Positions 23,499 to 36,652 of a stretch of DNA of 45,415 nucleotides are shown one piece after another (positions within the stretch are counted from its first letter, which is position 1; each line of letters starts with the position of its first letter). The position numbers were made by a program, and so were the translations under genes. The stretch covers positions 1-45,415 of the forward strand of contig NW_021834850.1 in the NCBI RefSeq assembly GCF_006345805.1, in the 5' to 3' direction. Source of the stretch: Octopus sinensis (Eukaryota). The notes below the pieces were generated by a model. It saw only the letters and a list, made by a program, of their open reading frames with translations. It made no database searches and was not told the DNA's origin.

Positions 23499-23929
23499 TC
23501 TTTACTCTCTTTTACTTGTTTCAGTCATTTGACTGCGGCCATGCTGGAGCACCGCCTTTAATCGAGCAACTCAACCCCGGGACTTATTCTTTTGCAAGCC
23601 CAGTACTTATTCTATCGGTCTCTTTTGCCGAACCACCAAGTTACAGGGACGTAAACACACCAGCATCAGTTGTCAAGCGATGTTAGGGGGACAAACACAG
23701 ACACACAAACATATACACACACATACATATATATATGTATACATATATATATGTATACATATATACGACAGGCTTCTTTCAGTTTCCGTCTACCAAATCC
23801 ACTCACAAGGCTTTGGTTGACCCGAGGCTATAGTAGAAGACACTTGCCCAAGATGCCACGCAGTGGGACTGAACCCAGAACCATGTGGTTGGTAAGCAAG
23901 CTACTTACTACACAGCCACTCCTGCGCCT
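23499..23929 (-). mobile_element. SINE family B, full length
   Basis: Complete consensus. Confidence 0.9.
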
Positions 23930-23940
23930 GAGATGCCAAC

Positions 23941-23976
<36 letters not shown>

Positions 23977-24519
23977 TAATAATAATAATAACAACAATCC
24001 TGTCTACAACAGACACAAGGTTTGAAACTTCGTGGTGTGGGTGAAGTGGATTACATCAACCCCTGTACACAGCTTGTTTTGTTGACCCCAAAAAGGGTGA
24101 AAGGTAAAGTCAACCTCAGCGGAACAATAACAGTAACAGCAACAACAACAACAACAACCATGATAGTAATATAAGCATCATTAACAATAAATAGCATCAT
24201 CAGTATTTTCATTGATAACAATATCACCATCATCATCGTCATCATCACTGATGTTATCATCGCGGACACTATGGACATCACCATCATCATCGTCATCATC
24301 ACCAATGTTATGGTCGCGGACACTATGGACATCACCATCATCATCATCATCATCACCAATGTTATGGTCGCGGACACTATGGACATCACCATCATCATCA
24401 TCATCATCATCATCATCAGGTATGCACGGGAGAGGTAGGGGTGGGTGGGTGGGCAGGAGGAGGAAGTGAGACAGAAAAAGGAAAACAAAAGATTCCACAG
24501 TGAGATGTAAGGAGTCACG

Positions 24520-25620
24520 GTGATGGTGGTGTTGGTGGTAGTGGTGATGGTGGTGTTGGTGGTAGTGGTGATGGTGGTGTTGGTGGTGGTGTTGGTGGTA
24601 GTGGTGATGGTGGTGTTGGTGGTAGTGGTGATGGTGGTGTTGGTGGTGGTGTTGGTGGTAGTGGTGATGGTGGTGTTGGTGGTAGTGGTGATGGTGGTGT
24701 TGGTGGTGGTGTTGGTGGTAGTGGTGATGGTGGTGTTGGTTGTAGTGGTGATGGTGGTGTTGGTGGTAGTGGTGATGGTGGTGTTGGTGGTGGTGTTGGT
24801 GGTAGTGGTGATGGTGGTGTTGGTGGTGGTGTTGGTGGTAGTGGTGATGGTGGTGTTGGTGGTAGTGGTGATGGTGGTGTTGGTGGTGGTGTTGGTGGTA
24901 GTGGTGATGGTGGTGTTGGTGGTAGTGGTGATGGTGGTGTTGGTGGTGGTGTGGTGTAGTGGTGATGGTGGTGTTGGTTGTAGTGGTGATGTGGTGTTGG
25001 TGTTAGTGGTGATGGTGTGTTTGGTGGTGGTGTTGGTGGTAGTTGGTGATGGTGGTGTTGGTGGTGGTGTTGGTGGTAGTGGTGATGGTGGTGTTGGTTG
25101 TAGTGGTGATGGTGGTGTTGGTGGTAGTGGTGATGGTGGTGTTGGTGGTGGTGGTTTGGTGGTATGGTGATGGTGTGTTGGTGTAGTGGTGATGGTGGTT
25201 TTGGTGTGGTGTTGGTGGTAGTGGTGATGGTGGTGTTGATGGTAGTGGTGATGGTGGTGTTGGTTGTAGTGGTGATGGTGGTGTTGGTGGTGGTGTTGGT
25301 GGTAGTGGTGATGGTGGTGTTGGTGGTAGTGGTGATGGTGGTGTTGGTGGTAGTGGTGATGGTGGTGTTGGTGGTAGTGGTGAGTGGTGGTGTTGGTGGT
25401 AGTGGTGATGGTGGTGTTGGTGGTAGTGGTGATGGTGGTGTTGGTGGTAGTGGTGATGGTGGTGGTAGTGGTGTTGGTGGTAGTGGTGATGGTGGTGTTG
25501 GTGGTAGTGGTGATGATGGTGTTGGTGATGGCGGTGTTGGTGGTAGTGGTGATGGTGGTGTTGGTGGTAGTGGTGTTGGTGGTAGTGGTGATGGTGGTAG
25601 TGGTGATGGTGGTGGTGTTG
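24520..25620. repeat. (GGT)-based higher-order minisatellite (24/36/60-bp units)
   Basis: GGTGATGGTGGTGTTGGTGGTAGT reiterated; the 563/404-aa Thr/Pro ORFs are artefacts. Confidence 0.95.
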
Positions 25621-25989
25621 CTAGAAGTAGTGAGAATGAATGGTGGTTGCTGTAATAGTAGTAGTAGTAGCAGCAGCAACTTGCATTGTTTAGGTCCATC
25701 ATCCAGGTCAACACCGACAGAGCAGACACCTAATGACACCAAAGGCCGTTCCAGACACGACCATCCCGATAATTTTTTTCTCCTCCCCTATGTTAAGAGA
25801 GGGTGACAGCTGAGACACGGTCATCCAAAGTGCCCTCGAACCCACCTCTCGCCTCCCTTCCCCTACACCACCCGTGCCTCCTCCAAGACAACTGATGTCA
25901 CAATCTAAAGAGAGAAACGGCTGCTACTTCTAGCACGAGGTGCAACCACATACAGGGCTATTTCAATGGATCGAGTAGCGACAGAGGAG

Positions 25990-25993
25990 CAGC

Positions 25994-26032
<39 letters not shown>

Positions 26033-26395
26033 GGTGGTGGTGGTGGTGGTGGTGGTGGTAGTAGTAGTAGTAGTGGTAGTAGTGGTGGTGGTTGTGGGGT
26101 TGAGGTGTGGTTTGACGACAGTAGCAGTCTGTCTCCTCTTCTCCATCATCATCATCATCATCATCCATCAATCGCCATCAATCATTATCATCACCGTAAT
26201 CAATCTCGTAATCAAAAATTTATATTCGAGATCGTCATCACCATCATCATCACCACCACCACCACCGATACCAACACCATCATCATCACCACAACGTCGT
26301 CGTCGTCATCATCATCATCGTCACTGACATCATCATCATCATCATAGTTGTCAACATTAAATCATATCAATAAATGTCAATACCGAACAATGCAC

Positions 26396-26436
<41 letters not shown>

Positions 26437-26455
26437 ATATCAGTAGTAGTAGGAA

Positions 26456-26487
<32 letters not shown>

Positions 26488-26660
26488 ATAGCAGTAGTAG
26501 TAGTAGTAGTAGTAGTAATATCAGTAGTAGTAGGAATAGTAGTAGTAGTAGTAGTAGTAGTAATAGCAGCAGTAGTAGTAGTAGTAGTCGTAGTAGTAAT
26601 AGCAGTAGTAGTAGTAGTAGTAGCAGTAGTAGTAGTAGGAGTAGTAGTAGTAGTAGTAGC
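25990..26660. repeat. (TAG)n/(GGT)n/(CAT)n tracts
   Basis: Direct reading. Confidence 0.9.
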
Positions 26661-26805
26661 AGGTAGCAAATAATGGCAGTGGTTGATAACGAGGATCTCT
26701 TCCCCCACCAAAACCCCGCCTCACCAAAGGGGGTTTGTAGGTTTGTAAGAGTATCAAGGTATATTTACATAGAACGTGTGACTATACACTACATACATAC
26801 ATGGT

Positions 26806-26847
<42 letters not shown>

Positions 26848-27144
26848 ATGTGTGTGTGTCTGTGTGTTATTAATAGGTGTGTACATGTGTCTCTTTGTAA
26901 GGTGCGAGCGATTGGGTGCGTGTGCGTGTTTGGTTTGTATATATCATTAGCATTGATGTTATTACGAAACCGCTTGTTGTAAGACAAATGAGATAATGTT
27001 ATCAACCGGTTATTGTCATCGAAAATTAGTCGGTTACTGATATCATTTGCTTAACGATAACAGCCGGTTAATATTATCGAAAAGAGCTGGTGCCAAAACG
27101 ATGATAGTAAACATATTTTCATCGTTCGTATAAGTGATATTAAC

Positions 27145-27584
27145 TTAATATATATATAATATATATGTGCGTATATTATATATATATATATAATATATAT
27201 ATATGCGTTATATATATAATATATATATATATATAATATATATATAGCGTATATATATATATATTATATATATATATATATGCGTATATATATATAATAT
27301 ATATATATATATGCGTTATATATATATTATATAGATATATAATATATATATATATATATATATGATGCATGCTCGGAGTAGCGACACAAGTCGACTCACC
27401 TAAGAAAAAATAAACGTTATTCCATTCCACTTAACAGTATCGAAGAATTTTTTTCGATTAATTGCAGTTCACACCCATGTGAACTTCATAATCATATTAT
27501 ATGATATATATATATATACTACAACAATACGTACACGTAAACATGTATATAAACTACATGTATATATAGTTATATATATAGTAT

Positions 27585-27628
<44 letters not shown>

Positions 27629-27924
27629 TGGATAGATAGATATAAATATAATATATACGTTCATACATACATACTTAAGTACGTACACACATACACACAA
27701 ACAAATATATATATATAATATATATATATATAATATATATATACCTATATATATATACATATATATATACCTATATATACATATATATATACGTAATATA
27801 TATGTATGTATGTATGTATACATACACACAACACAAATATGGATTAATGGACGTTTGTATTTACAAGAGAGGAAAATATACCCATAAATAAAGTATGAAT
27901 ATTTTATTAAAATCTAATAATAAC

Positions 27925-27982
<58 letters not shown>

Positions 27983-28020
27983 GTGTATATATATATGTGT
28001 GTGTGTGTATGTATGTATAT
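27145..28020. repeat. (AT)n-dominated microsatellite field with small unique islands
   Basis: Direct reading. Confidence 0.9.
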
Positions 28021-28334
28021 TAAATGTGTATCCATTGTCGCTATCTTTGCGTTGCTGCTCTTTCGGCAAACAAAGAAATCGTGAGATAATATTGCCATTA
28101 TTTACCATTATTGGTAGCAGTATGTTTTTATAATTAATAGTAGTAGTAGTAGTCGCAGCAGCAGCAGTAGAAACAGCAGCAGTTACGTATAAATATGACA
28201 GGAGAAAAAAAAAGGTAGCAGTAATTCAGTGGTGCTTATGATATTGGTGGTGATGGTTGTGGTGGAGACGATGGTATGTGGAATAAGAGAAAGAAGGGTT
28301 GGGTTAAGGTTGGGCGGGTTGGAGTGGAATAGAG

Positions 28335-28645
28335 AGAGGTAGAAGAAGAAGGAAAATGAGAAGAAGGGAGAAGATGAAGAAGAAAAAGAAGAAGAAGGAA
28401 TATGAGAAGAAGAAGGGAGAAGAAAGAAAATGAGAAGTAGAAGAAAAAAGGAAGAAGAAGAAGGGAGAAGAAGAAGAAAAAGAAGAAGGAATATGAGAAG
28501 AAGAAGAAGAAGAAGAAGAAGAAGAAGAAGAAGAAGAAGGGAGAAGAAGAAGAAGAAGAAGAAGAAGAAGAAGAAGAAGAAGAAGAAGAAGGAATAGAAG
28601 AAGAAGGAATAGAAGAAGAAGAAGAAGAAAGAAGAAGAAGAAGGA
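28335..28645 (+). repeat. (GAA)n polypurine tract
   Basis: About 300 bp of almost pure purines. Confidence 0.95.
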
Positions 28646-29430
28646 TGTGGTTGGGTGTATGAAAAATCTGAAGGCACACCCCACCCCCTTCGTCACCACC
28701 ATCATCACAGTAATACCATCGCACCCGCAGCCGCCTTCGCCATCACGCTGGCTGTCTCTCAGCCCCTTTCCTTTCAAAAAAAAAATCCTTAATGTTATGG
28801 TATTCGAAGGAGAAAAGAACTGTGGCTGATAAATGGATGCTTGATGCCTGGTGGTGCCTGGCGGCAGCATCGGTGGCTGTAGAGACGGTCTTCATGGTGT
28901 CTCTCTAATGATGGTGATGTTGGAGATGACGGTGATGATGATGATGATGATGATGAGGAAGATGAGGATGATGGTGGTGGTGGTGGTGGTGGCCGTGTTG
29001 AACACGACTAAGATGAAAGAGAAGAAGAAGAAGAAGGATGTGGTTGGTGTATGAAAAATCTGAAGGCACACCCCACCCCCTTCGTCCCACCATCATCACA
29101 GTTATACCATCGCACCCGCAGCCGCCTTCGCCATCACGATGGCTGTCTCTCAGCCCCTTTCCTTTCAAAAAAAAAATCCTTAATGTTATGGTATTCGAAG
29201 GAGAAAAGAACTGTGGCTGATAAATGGATGCTTGATGCCTGGTGGTGCCTGGCGGCAGCATCGGTGGCTGTAGAGACGGTCTTCATGGTGTCTCTTTAAT
29301 GATGGTGATGTTGGAGATGACGGTGATGATGATGATGATGATGAGGAGGATGAGGAAGATGATGATGATGATGGTGGTGGTGGTGGTGGTGGCCGTGTTG
29401 AACACGACTAAGATGAAGAGAGAGAAGAAG
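28630..29430. repeat. Recent tandem duplication, 2 x ~395 bp
   Basis: GGATGTGGTT at 28643 and 29036; AACACGACTA at 29001 and 29401; near-identical bodies. Confidence 0.9.
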
Positions 29431-29442
29431 AAAGGAGGAGGT

Positions 29443-29476
<34 letters not shown>

Positions 29477-30258
29477 ATATTCCCCTCCTCTTTCAGTGAG
29501 GGACAGCTAACTGTTAAACACACTGGTACCCTACGACTACTAGCGCTACTACTACAACTACTATTAGTAGTAGTAGTACTACCAGAATTACCACTGCAAT
29601 TACTACTACTACTACTACTACTTTCAATAATCAACATCATCATCATCGTCATCATCATCATCAGCATCACTATCATCATCATCATCATCATCAATATTAT
29701 GAACAGTTATATTAATTGCAAACATCACCAACGTAGTCGCCAGGTATGTTATAGTAGTATAATAGAAGTAGTAGTAGTAGCAGCAGCAGCAGCAACAGCC
29801 GGAACAATAGTTGTTGTATGTGTTAAAGTAGCTAGACAATGCAGTGATTCTATTTATGGTAGCACCGACTGGAGTACTCTATATATATATATATATATAT
29901 AATATATATACACATACATACATACCATACATACATACATATATATATTACTCTATATATATTTGAGTACTCTTTTTTTCCACCTTGTTTCACATTTATG
30001 TGTTTACTCCGGTATATATATATACTAATATATATATATATATTATATATATATTATAATATAATAAATATATATATTATAATAATATATATATATATAT
30101 ATATATGGAGAGAGAGAGAGATACATACATACATACACTGCAAACACATACACACGGACTCAATGCATGGATATATATATATATATATAATATAGATAGA
30201 TAGATAGATAGAAAGATAGATAGATAAGATTGATGGGAAAATTAATAGACAGACAGAC

Positions 30259-30302
<44 letters not shown>

Positions 30303-30699
30303 GTGTGTGTGACAGAGAGAGGTATGCACATCGGCAGGTACTTAGGTAATGCAGACAGTTAAACAAAGGTATATATAGATATATGTTGTGGATAGATGAA
30401 GAGATACAGAGAGAAGGTAGGACGAGGAGGAGGAGGAGGAGGAGGAAGGGAGCACATCGAAGCTAATTAAATATACAGGTAGAGAAATGGATGGGGGGGT
30501 AGGTAGGTAGGTTGGAGAGAGGGATGAAGGAAGAGCCAGCAGTCTGTTTTTTCTCCCAGAAATATGTAGTTCCGGTTGGCATTGACCCCTTAAATTAACA
30601 GCTGCAGAAATTAAGGTTCTTGACAAAAAAATATTATAAATATCCTGTGGGACTTCGTGTTTATATATGTACATAAATATATACATACATACATACACA

Positions 30700-31002
30700 C
30701 ACATCTATATATATCTATCTATTTATATATCTATCTATCTATATACATATATATATATATTTATCTATCTATTTATCCATCTATCTATCTATTTATCCAT
30801 CTATCTATCTATCTATCCATCTATCTATCTATCTATCCATCTATCTATCTATTTATCCATCTATCTATCTATCTATCTATCCATCTATTTATCCATCTAT
30901 CTATCTATCTATTTATCCATCCATCCATCCATCTATCTATTTATCCATCCATCCATCCATCCATTTATCCATCCATCCATCTATCTATTTATCCATCCAT
31001 CC

Positions 31003-31055
<53 letters not shown>
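30700..31055. repeat. (TCTA)/(TCCA)n tetranucleotide array
   Basis: Direct reading. Confidence 0.95.
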
Positions 31056-31348
31056 CATATATATACACACACATACAGTATACATGTATAACGTTTATGG
31101 TAAGGTAAAACTGACGCTTTTCTCTATATGGGCATATTCGATATCCATTGTGGCCTACCGTTCATTTATTATTAATATCATTTCCATTAATCTACTTCAC
31201 AAAATCATTTGTCATATATCTCCTCTTCACTGTCCAACAATTTCTAATTAACTGTCGAGCGCTCCCTGTTCGGCGAATTATCGCCAAGATTAAAAGATTT
31301 ACCTTGTAAGGTTCATCCGTATCTAGTTACTACACGCATATATATATA

Positions 31349-31388
<40 letters not shown>

Positions 31389-31399
31389 TATATATTAAA

Positions 31400-31594
31400 C
31401 GTGCACGATTCGCAGAGGCAATAGGAAGCCGCTTATTATAATCATGGATAATGTTAAGCGTTTTCAAAATTATGGGGGTCCCAAAATCTTCAATGGCTTC
31501 AATATCGTCAGCTGGGTATGTTTTTCTTGTCATTGAAAGCGCTTCGTACCCCCCAGGGTGATCATAATAAGCAGCTTCCAATTTGGCTATATGG
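31400..31594 (-). CDS. Candidate coding exon, strand unresolved (minus reading: KLEAAYYDHPGGYEALSMTRKTYPADDIEAIEDFGTPIILKTLNIIHDYNKRLPIASANR)
   Basis: Non-repetitive island between (AT)n tracts, open on the minus strand with protein-like composition; acceptors tacag/tatag present but donor weak. A codon-aligned plus-strand exon (31416-31515, strong GTATGT donor) is an alternative. Confidence 0.35.
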
Positions 31595-31603
31595 ATGCTG
31601 TAC

Positions 31604-31652
<49 letters not shown>

Positions 31653-31782
31653 ATATATATACGGGTATATGAATATATGTATATTATGGATTTGTGATCG
31701 TGTGTTTATAAACGAAATATTAAATATCATTCATTCATATACATACATATTGAATTAGGTGAACGTTTGTGTTTACAAATGT

Positions 31783-32759
31783 ATTTCTTTACTGCCCACA
31801 AGGGGCTAAACACAGAGGGGACAGACAAAGGGTTTAAGTCGATGACATCAACCCCAGTTGGGAAACTGGTACTTTATTTATCGACCCCGAAAGGATGAAA
31901 GGAATTTGAATTCAGAACGTAACGGCAGACGAAATACCTATTTCTTTACTGCTCACAAGGGGCTAAACATAGAGGGGACAAACAAGGACAGACAAAGGGT
32001 TTAAGTCGATTACATCGACCCCCAGTGGGAAACTGGTACTTTATTTATCGACCTCCGAAAGGATGAAAGGAATTTGAATTCAGAACGTAACGGCAGACGA
32101 AATACCTATTTCTTTACTGCCCACAGGGGCTAAACATAGAGGGGACAAACAAGGACAGACAAAGGGTTTAAGTCGATTACATCGACCCCCCCAGTGGGAA
32201 ACTGGTACTTTTTTTTATCGACCCCGAAAGGATGAAGGAATTTGAATTCAGAACGTACGGCAGACGAAATACCTATTTCTTTACTGCTCACAAGGGGCTA
32301 AACATAGAGGGGACAAACAAGGACAGACAAAGGGTTTAAGTCGATTACATCGACCCCCAGTGGGAAACTGGTACTTTATTTATCGACCTCCGAAAGGATG
32401 AAAGGAATTTGAATTCAGAACGTAACGGCAGACGAAATACCTATTTCTTTACTGCCCACAAGGGGCTAAACATAGAGGGGACAAACAAGGACAGACAAAG
32501 GGTTTAAGTCGATTACATCGACCCCCCCAGTGGGAAACTGGTACTTTATTTATCGACCCCGAAAGGATGAAAGGAATTTGAATTCAGAACGTAACGGCAG
32601 ACGAAATACCTATTTCTTTACTGCCCACAAGGGGCTTAAACACAGAGGGGACAAACAAGGACAGACAAAGGGTTTAAGTCGATTACATCGACCCCAGTCG
32701 GGAAACTGGTACTTTATTTATCGACCGCCGAAAGGATGAGAGGCAAAGTCGACTTCGGC
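31783..32759 (-). mobile_element. SINE-A hexamer (junction type 1) inside a single 12-bp TSD
   Basis: Units start near 31782, 31939, 32107, 32274, 32442 and 32611; GTTTACAAATGT at 31771-31782 and 32760-32771. Confidence 0.9.
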
Positions 32760-32930
32760 GTTTACAAATGTGGAAGAAAAATACTACACACATATACACG
32801 TGCGTGCATGTGTGTGTGGTGTGTGTGTGTGAAACCCGAATGCTAAGCTTTTTGTATCGTTACTAGAAGCTTCAAATTCTAATGCACATACACACATCCG
32901 TATAAATAGATACATACACATAGAAACAGT

Positions 32931-32962
<32 letters not shown>

Positions 32963-34920
32963 TGGTCGCACTTCCACACAAGTTGCATAAACTGAAGTGG
33001 ATATATAAATGTCAATGTTTTCAAAACAAGCCAATGTGAAGACCTCAAAGAGGAGGAAATCTGTTATTTTATCAAAAGGAGAAAGAGAGACAATCGGGGT
33101 GGCCAACATGAATAATAATGATGATGACGGTAATGATGATGATGAGGATGGTAATGTTGATGATGATGATGACGACGATGACAGCGACAAAAACAGCAAC
33201 AACAGAATGTAACCGAATAATAATAAATAGTGGCATCGGGTGCGAAACGGGTGGATATAAATATTGTGGCGATAGACAATAAATATAAACATACAAGTCA
33301 GTCAGTCATGCTAATAGGAGAAGGGCGTGATGGGAGACATTGATGAGGTAGGGGCGATTGAACGTTTTTAACAGGCGTTCCAGCCGTGACCATCCAATCT
33401 AAAGGTTTTTTTTTTTTTTGTTGGTTGTTTTTCGTGTCCTTTCCTCAGGCGTAGCAGCATTCTGTTGTTCGAAGTAACCACTACGTCAGTGGTTGCTAGA
33501 ATCTGACATAACAACGGTACCGTCTTAGATCTTAGAGAGAGAGAGAAAAAAAAGGGGACACGTTAAAAATGAGGTCGTTGCTTTATGGGTGGTTGTGGTT
33601 GTGATGGTGATGGGAAACATTGGAGGACCCTAAAGTTCAAGATGGTCACGCCTAGAAAAGCTTTTGGTCATATGTCTATCTGCTCAATCGGGATTAACTT
33701 GGGGGTGGGGGGGCTAAATGGCAACAACAATCTTGGACTACAATATCCGAAGTGTCCGCCCCCATTTTTTGTTTTTCCTTTACATTTTTTCCAAATAGAA
33801 GGCCGTGTGATCTGAAGATTTGGCTGCCATGACTAGCAGTTCCAAAGACTGCATGCATACACACGGGTTCCGTTGTCCTGACCGCGCAGATCTATATACG
33901 ATCAAAGACATTCCAAAAGCCATGACCAACCTGTTCCAATTTCAACACATTTGATAATGCACTTAGTTATAATAGCTGCATCTGTGTATCCTTCCGTTTT
34001 AAAGATGGTTGGGTGTGGTTTGAGGATGAGATGGCTGCTATTTCTTGTAGGAAGGTCGAACGACCACATAGAAGCTCCCTTCGACTAAGAGTAAACGGGT
34101 GGCAACGGCGGCGGCAGTGGTAGAGATGGTTATTGCCGTTGTTGTGCCATCCAGCATCACTACCACCTGGGTCAACCCAATTTCGGGTAGACAGACCTAC
34201 GATCAAAGAATGTTCCAATAGTAGGCCATAACACGTCTTTTATCCAGACCTCGGTATATCCATAATTATAATATATATATATATAGGTGATGGTTTGTTT
34301 ATGTCCACGTAACTTGGCGTTTCGAAGTATAAAGGCTTTGAACAAAAAAATACTGGAGACGATTTGCTCAACTAAACCCTTCAAGGCGGTGCCCCAGTTT
34401 GGCCGCAATCCAAAGATTTTCAGTCCAATAAGCAAAAGATAATACGCGCGCGCGCACACACACACACAACGAGTAGGGCGTGATCTGTAAAAAAGATCTG
34501 GCTGTTGTTTCTAGCCATTTGAACGACCACCTAACGGTTCCCTCCCTGGCTCTTAGGTTAAATATTTTCGGGGTGGGGGGAGTCATAGACACTGTTTTGT
34601 CGTTGTTTTTTACTATTTAAACTCCCTCCAGGGTCAACAAAAGAGGGAGCAGACCTTAAGATAAAAGCTGTTCCAACAATGACCACCCTGTCTATAAAAT
34701 CTAGAACTATTGTTAGTGATGTATCTTTTTGTCTGTTTAGATTTTCTTTTAATGATGGTTTTTTTCATGGGGGAGATTTAGCTGTTATTTTTAGCAGGCA
34801 GAATACTTATGCGTCTACTACTTCGTTGGTTTGTGAACCGAATGCGCGTGTGTATACGTCTTTTGTGTATATATTTTCGAGGCAGTGTAAAATCTACGAT
34901 TAGCATATATTTACTCATAC

Positions 34921-34996
34921 ATCCTTCCACTGAAATGAAATTAAAACCGGGCTTGAGGGAGACTTGACTGTTATTTCTTGCCGGTCTAGTACCAAT
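34921..34996 (-). CDS. Probable second coding exon (IGTRPARNNSQVSLKPGFNFISVEG)
   Basis: Branch-like GCTAAC, acceptor ctttctgtctccag, donor GAT|GTATGA (alternative GTAAAT 6 nt further); phase 0 matches the exon 1 donor. Confidence 0.45.
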
Positions 34997-35493
34997 CTGG
35001 AGACAGAAAGATACTCCCACGTTAGCTTACGTATAAACTGGTGTATAATAAAGTGTGTATATGTCGTATAAAACATATCTAGATGTTGCTTAGTATCAGG
35101 GCCACCCTGATCCAGCAAGGCTGAGATCAAAGGTGCTCCAGATATGACCAACCTGCCTTTCATTATTATTTCTTTGTTATCATCAGGAGTATGTGTCTAA
35201 GATTACACTACGCAATCTGAGACTTCTCTTTTCAAGGCGTTTAGGTGTAATCTAGGTAATAGTTGGCTGCTATTTCTCGCAGTTCAGGTGACTACATTCA
35301 ACATTCCTAGCAGGCTTGTTGCTGTGTATAGCCTTGTTAGTAGGAGCTGTATTTAACCATAGGTTAGCATTGATCCGATTAGATTTATGATAAAATATGT
35401 TTCGACCACGCTTACTACCTGGTCTTTATTTTTATTTACTTTATTTGTAGACACAGTATGTAGAATTCCATTGTCTTCGATTCTTTAAAAAAA

Positions 35494-36002
35494 AATGGTT
35501 TCAGGAATATTTGGCTGCTATTTCTGCAGCAAGTCGAGCACTGATCAAGATGGGGGTTGGCTGTCTTCGGGACTACTTTAAGGGTGTTTGTGAGAGAATG
35601 GTTTCAGGAATATTTGGCTGCTATTTCTTCAGCAAGTCAAGCACTGATCAAGATGGGGGTTGGCTGTCTTCGTGACTACTTTAAGGGTGTTTGTGAGAGA
35701 ATGGTTTCGGGAATATTTGGCTGCTATTTCTTCAGCAAGTCGAGCACTGATCAAGATGGGGGTTGGCTGCCTTCGGGACTACTTTAAGGGTGTTTGTGAG
35801 AGAATGGTTTCAGGAATATTTGGCTGCTATTTCTTCAGCAAGTCGAGCACTGATCAAGATGGGGGTTGGCTGTCTTCGTGACTACTTTAAGGGTGTTTGT
35901 GAGAGAATGGTTTCAGGAATATTTGGCTGCTATTTCTGCAGCAAGTCGAGCACTGATCAAGATGGGGGTTGGCTGTCTTCGTGACTACTTTAGGGGTGTT
36001 TT
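35494..36002. repeat. 103-bp tandem repeat, ~4.9 copies
   Basis: AATGGTTTC at 35494, 35597, 35700, 35803 and 35906; near-identical units containing GGCTGCTATTTC. Confidence 0.95.
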
Positions 36003-36210
36003 GTGGGAGAATGTGGATTTTGCGATGGTGGGGGTGAATGTTACAACAATATTTTGGTAATGCCGAGATGTAGAATGTAGCTTTCGGTGACAAAAGATAT
36101 GCAATATGCTGTAAGAGAGATCGATTGATAAGCAGGGGATATTGATAGATTGGTAGGTAGGTAGGTAGAATTATATGTATATCATATGGGGATTGATGTT
36201 ATATATATAT

Positions 36211-36257
<47 letters not shown>

Positions 36258-36652
36258 GGTATATATGGAAACTTGGAAGCAACAAATATAGAGAGAAACA
36301 ACGCCGATAGACATAGGTAGGTAGGTACGTATGGAGGAGGTTGGCGAAGACCTGATACGTAGATCGATATATATGTGTGTAGAGACAAGACCTACATCGA
36401 TCGATTGATCGATCGATCCCTCCATCGATCGACGGACAAACAAATAATTAAATTGGAGGATTGGTGGAGAGATAAACAAATAGGTACCTGGATAGATAGA
36501 TAGGTAGGTACGCCGAGAGAGAGAGAGAGATACGGGTAGAAACAAAGTGATAGGTAGACAGATGGACATATAAGATAACTGGATTAGGTAAATTAATTTA
36601 TGGATGAAAGAGATGAAGATAGAAGAATCCTTGAATCTAGTGTGGTCCTTAC

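Noticed and set aside
24051-25806. 563-aa and 404-aa mucin/extensin-like ORFs
   Set aside because: All frames stay open because of the GGT-based repeat; the flanking segments are SINE and repeat sequence.
30560-30600. Strong plus-strand acceptor ttttttctcccag
   Set aside because: Stops in all three frames within 40 nt and no good donor; could only be a terminal or non-coding exon.
31783-32759. CRISPR-like array
   Set aside because: Eukaryotic context; units are whole SINE bodies with no unique spacers.
34640-34700. Candidate exon YRVVIVGTAFIL (and similar ones at ~33920 and ~34220)
   Set aside because: These are copies of the dispersed GATCAAAGGCATTCCAGCCATGACC repeat.
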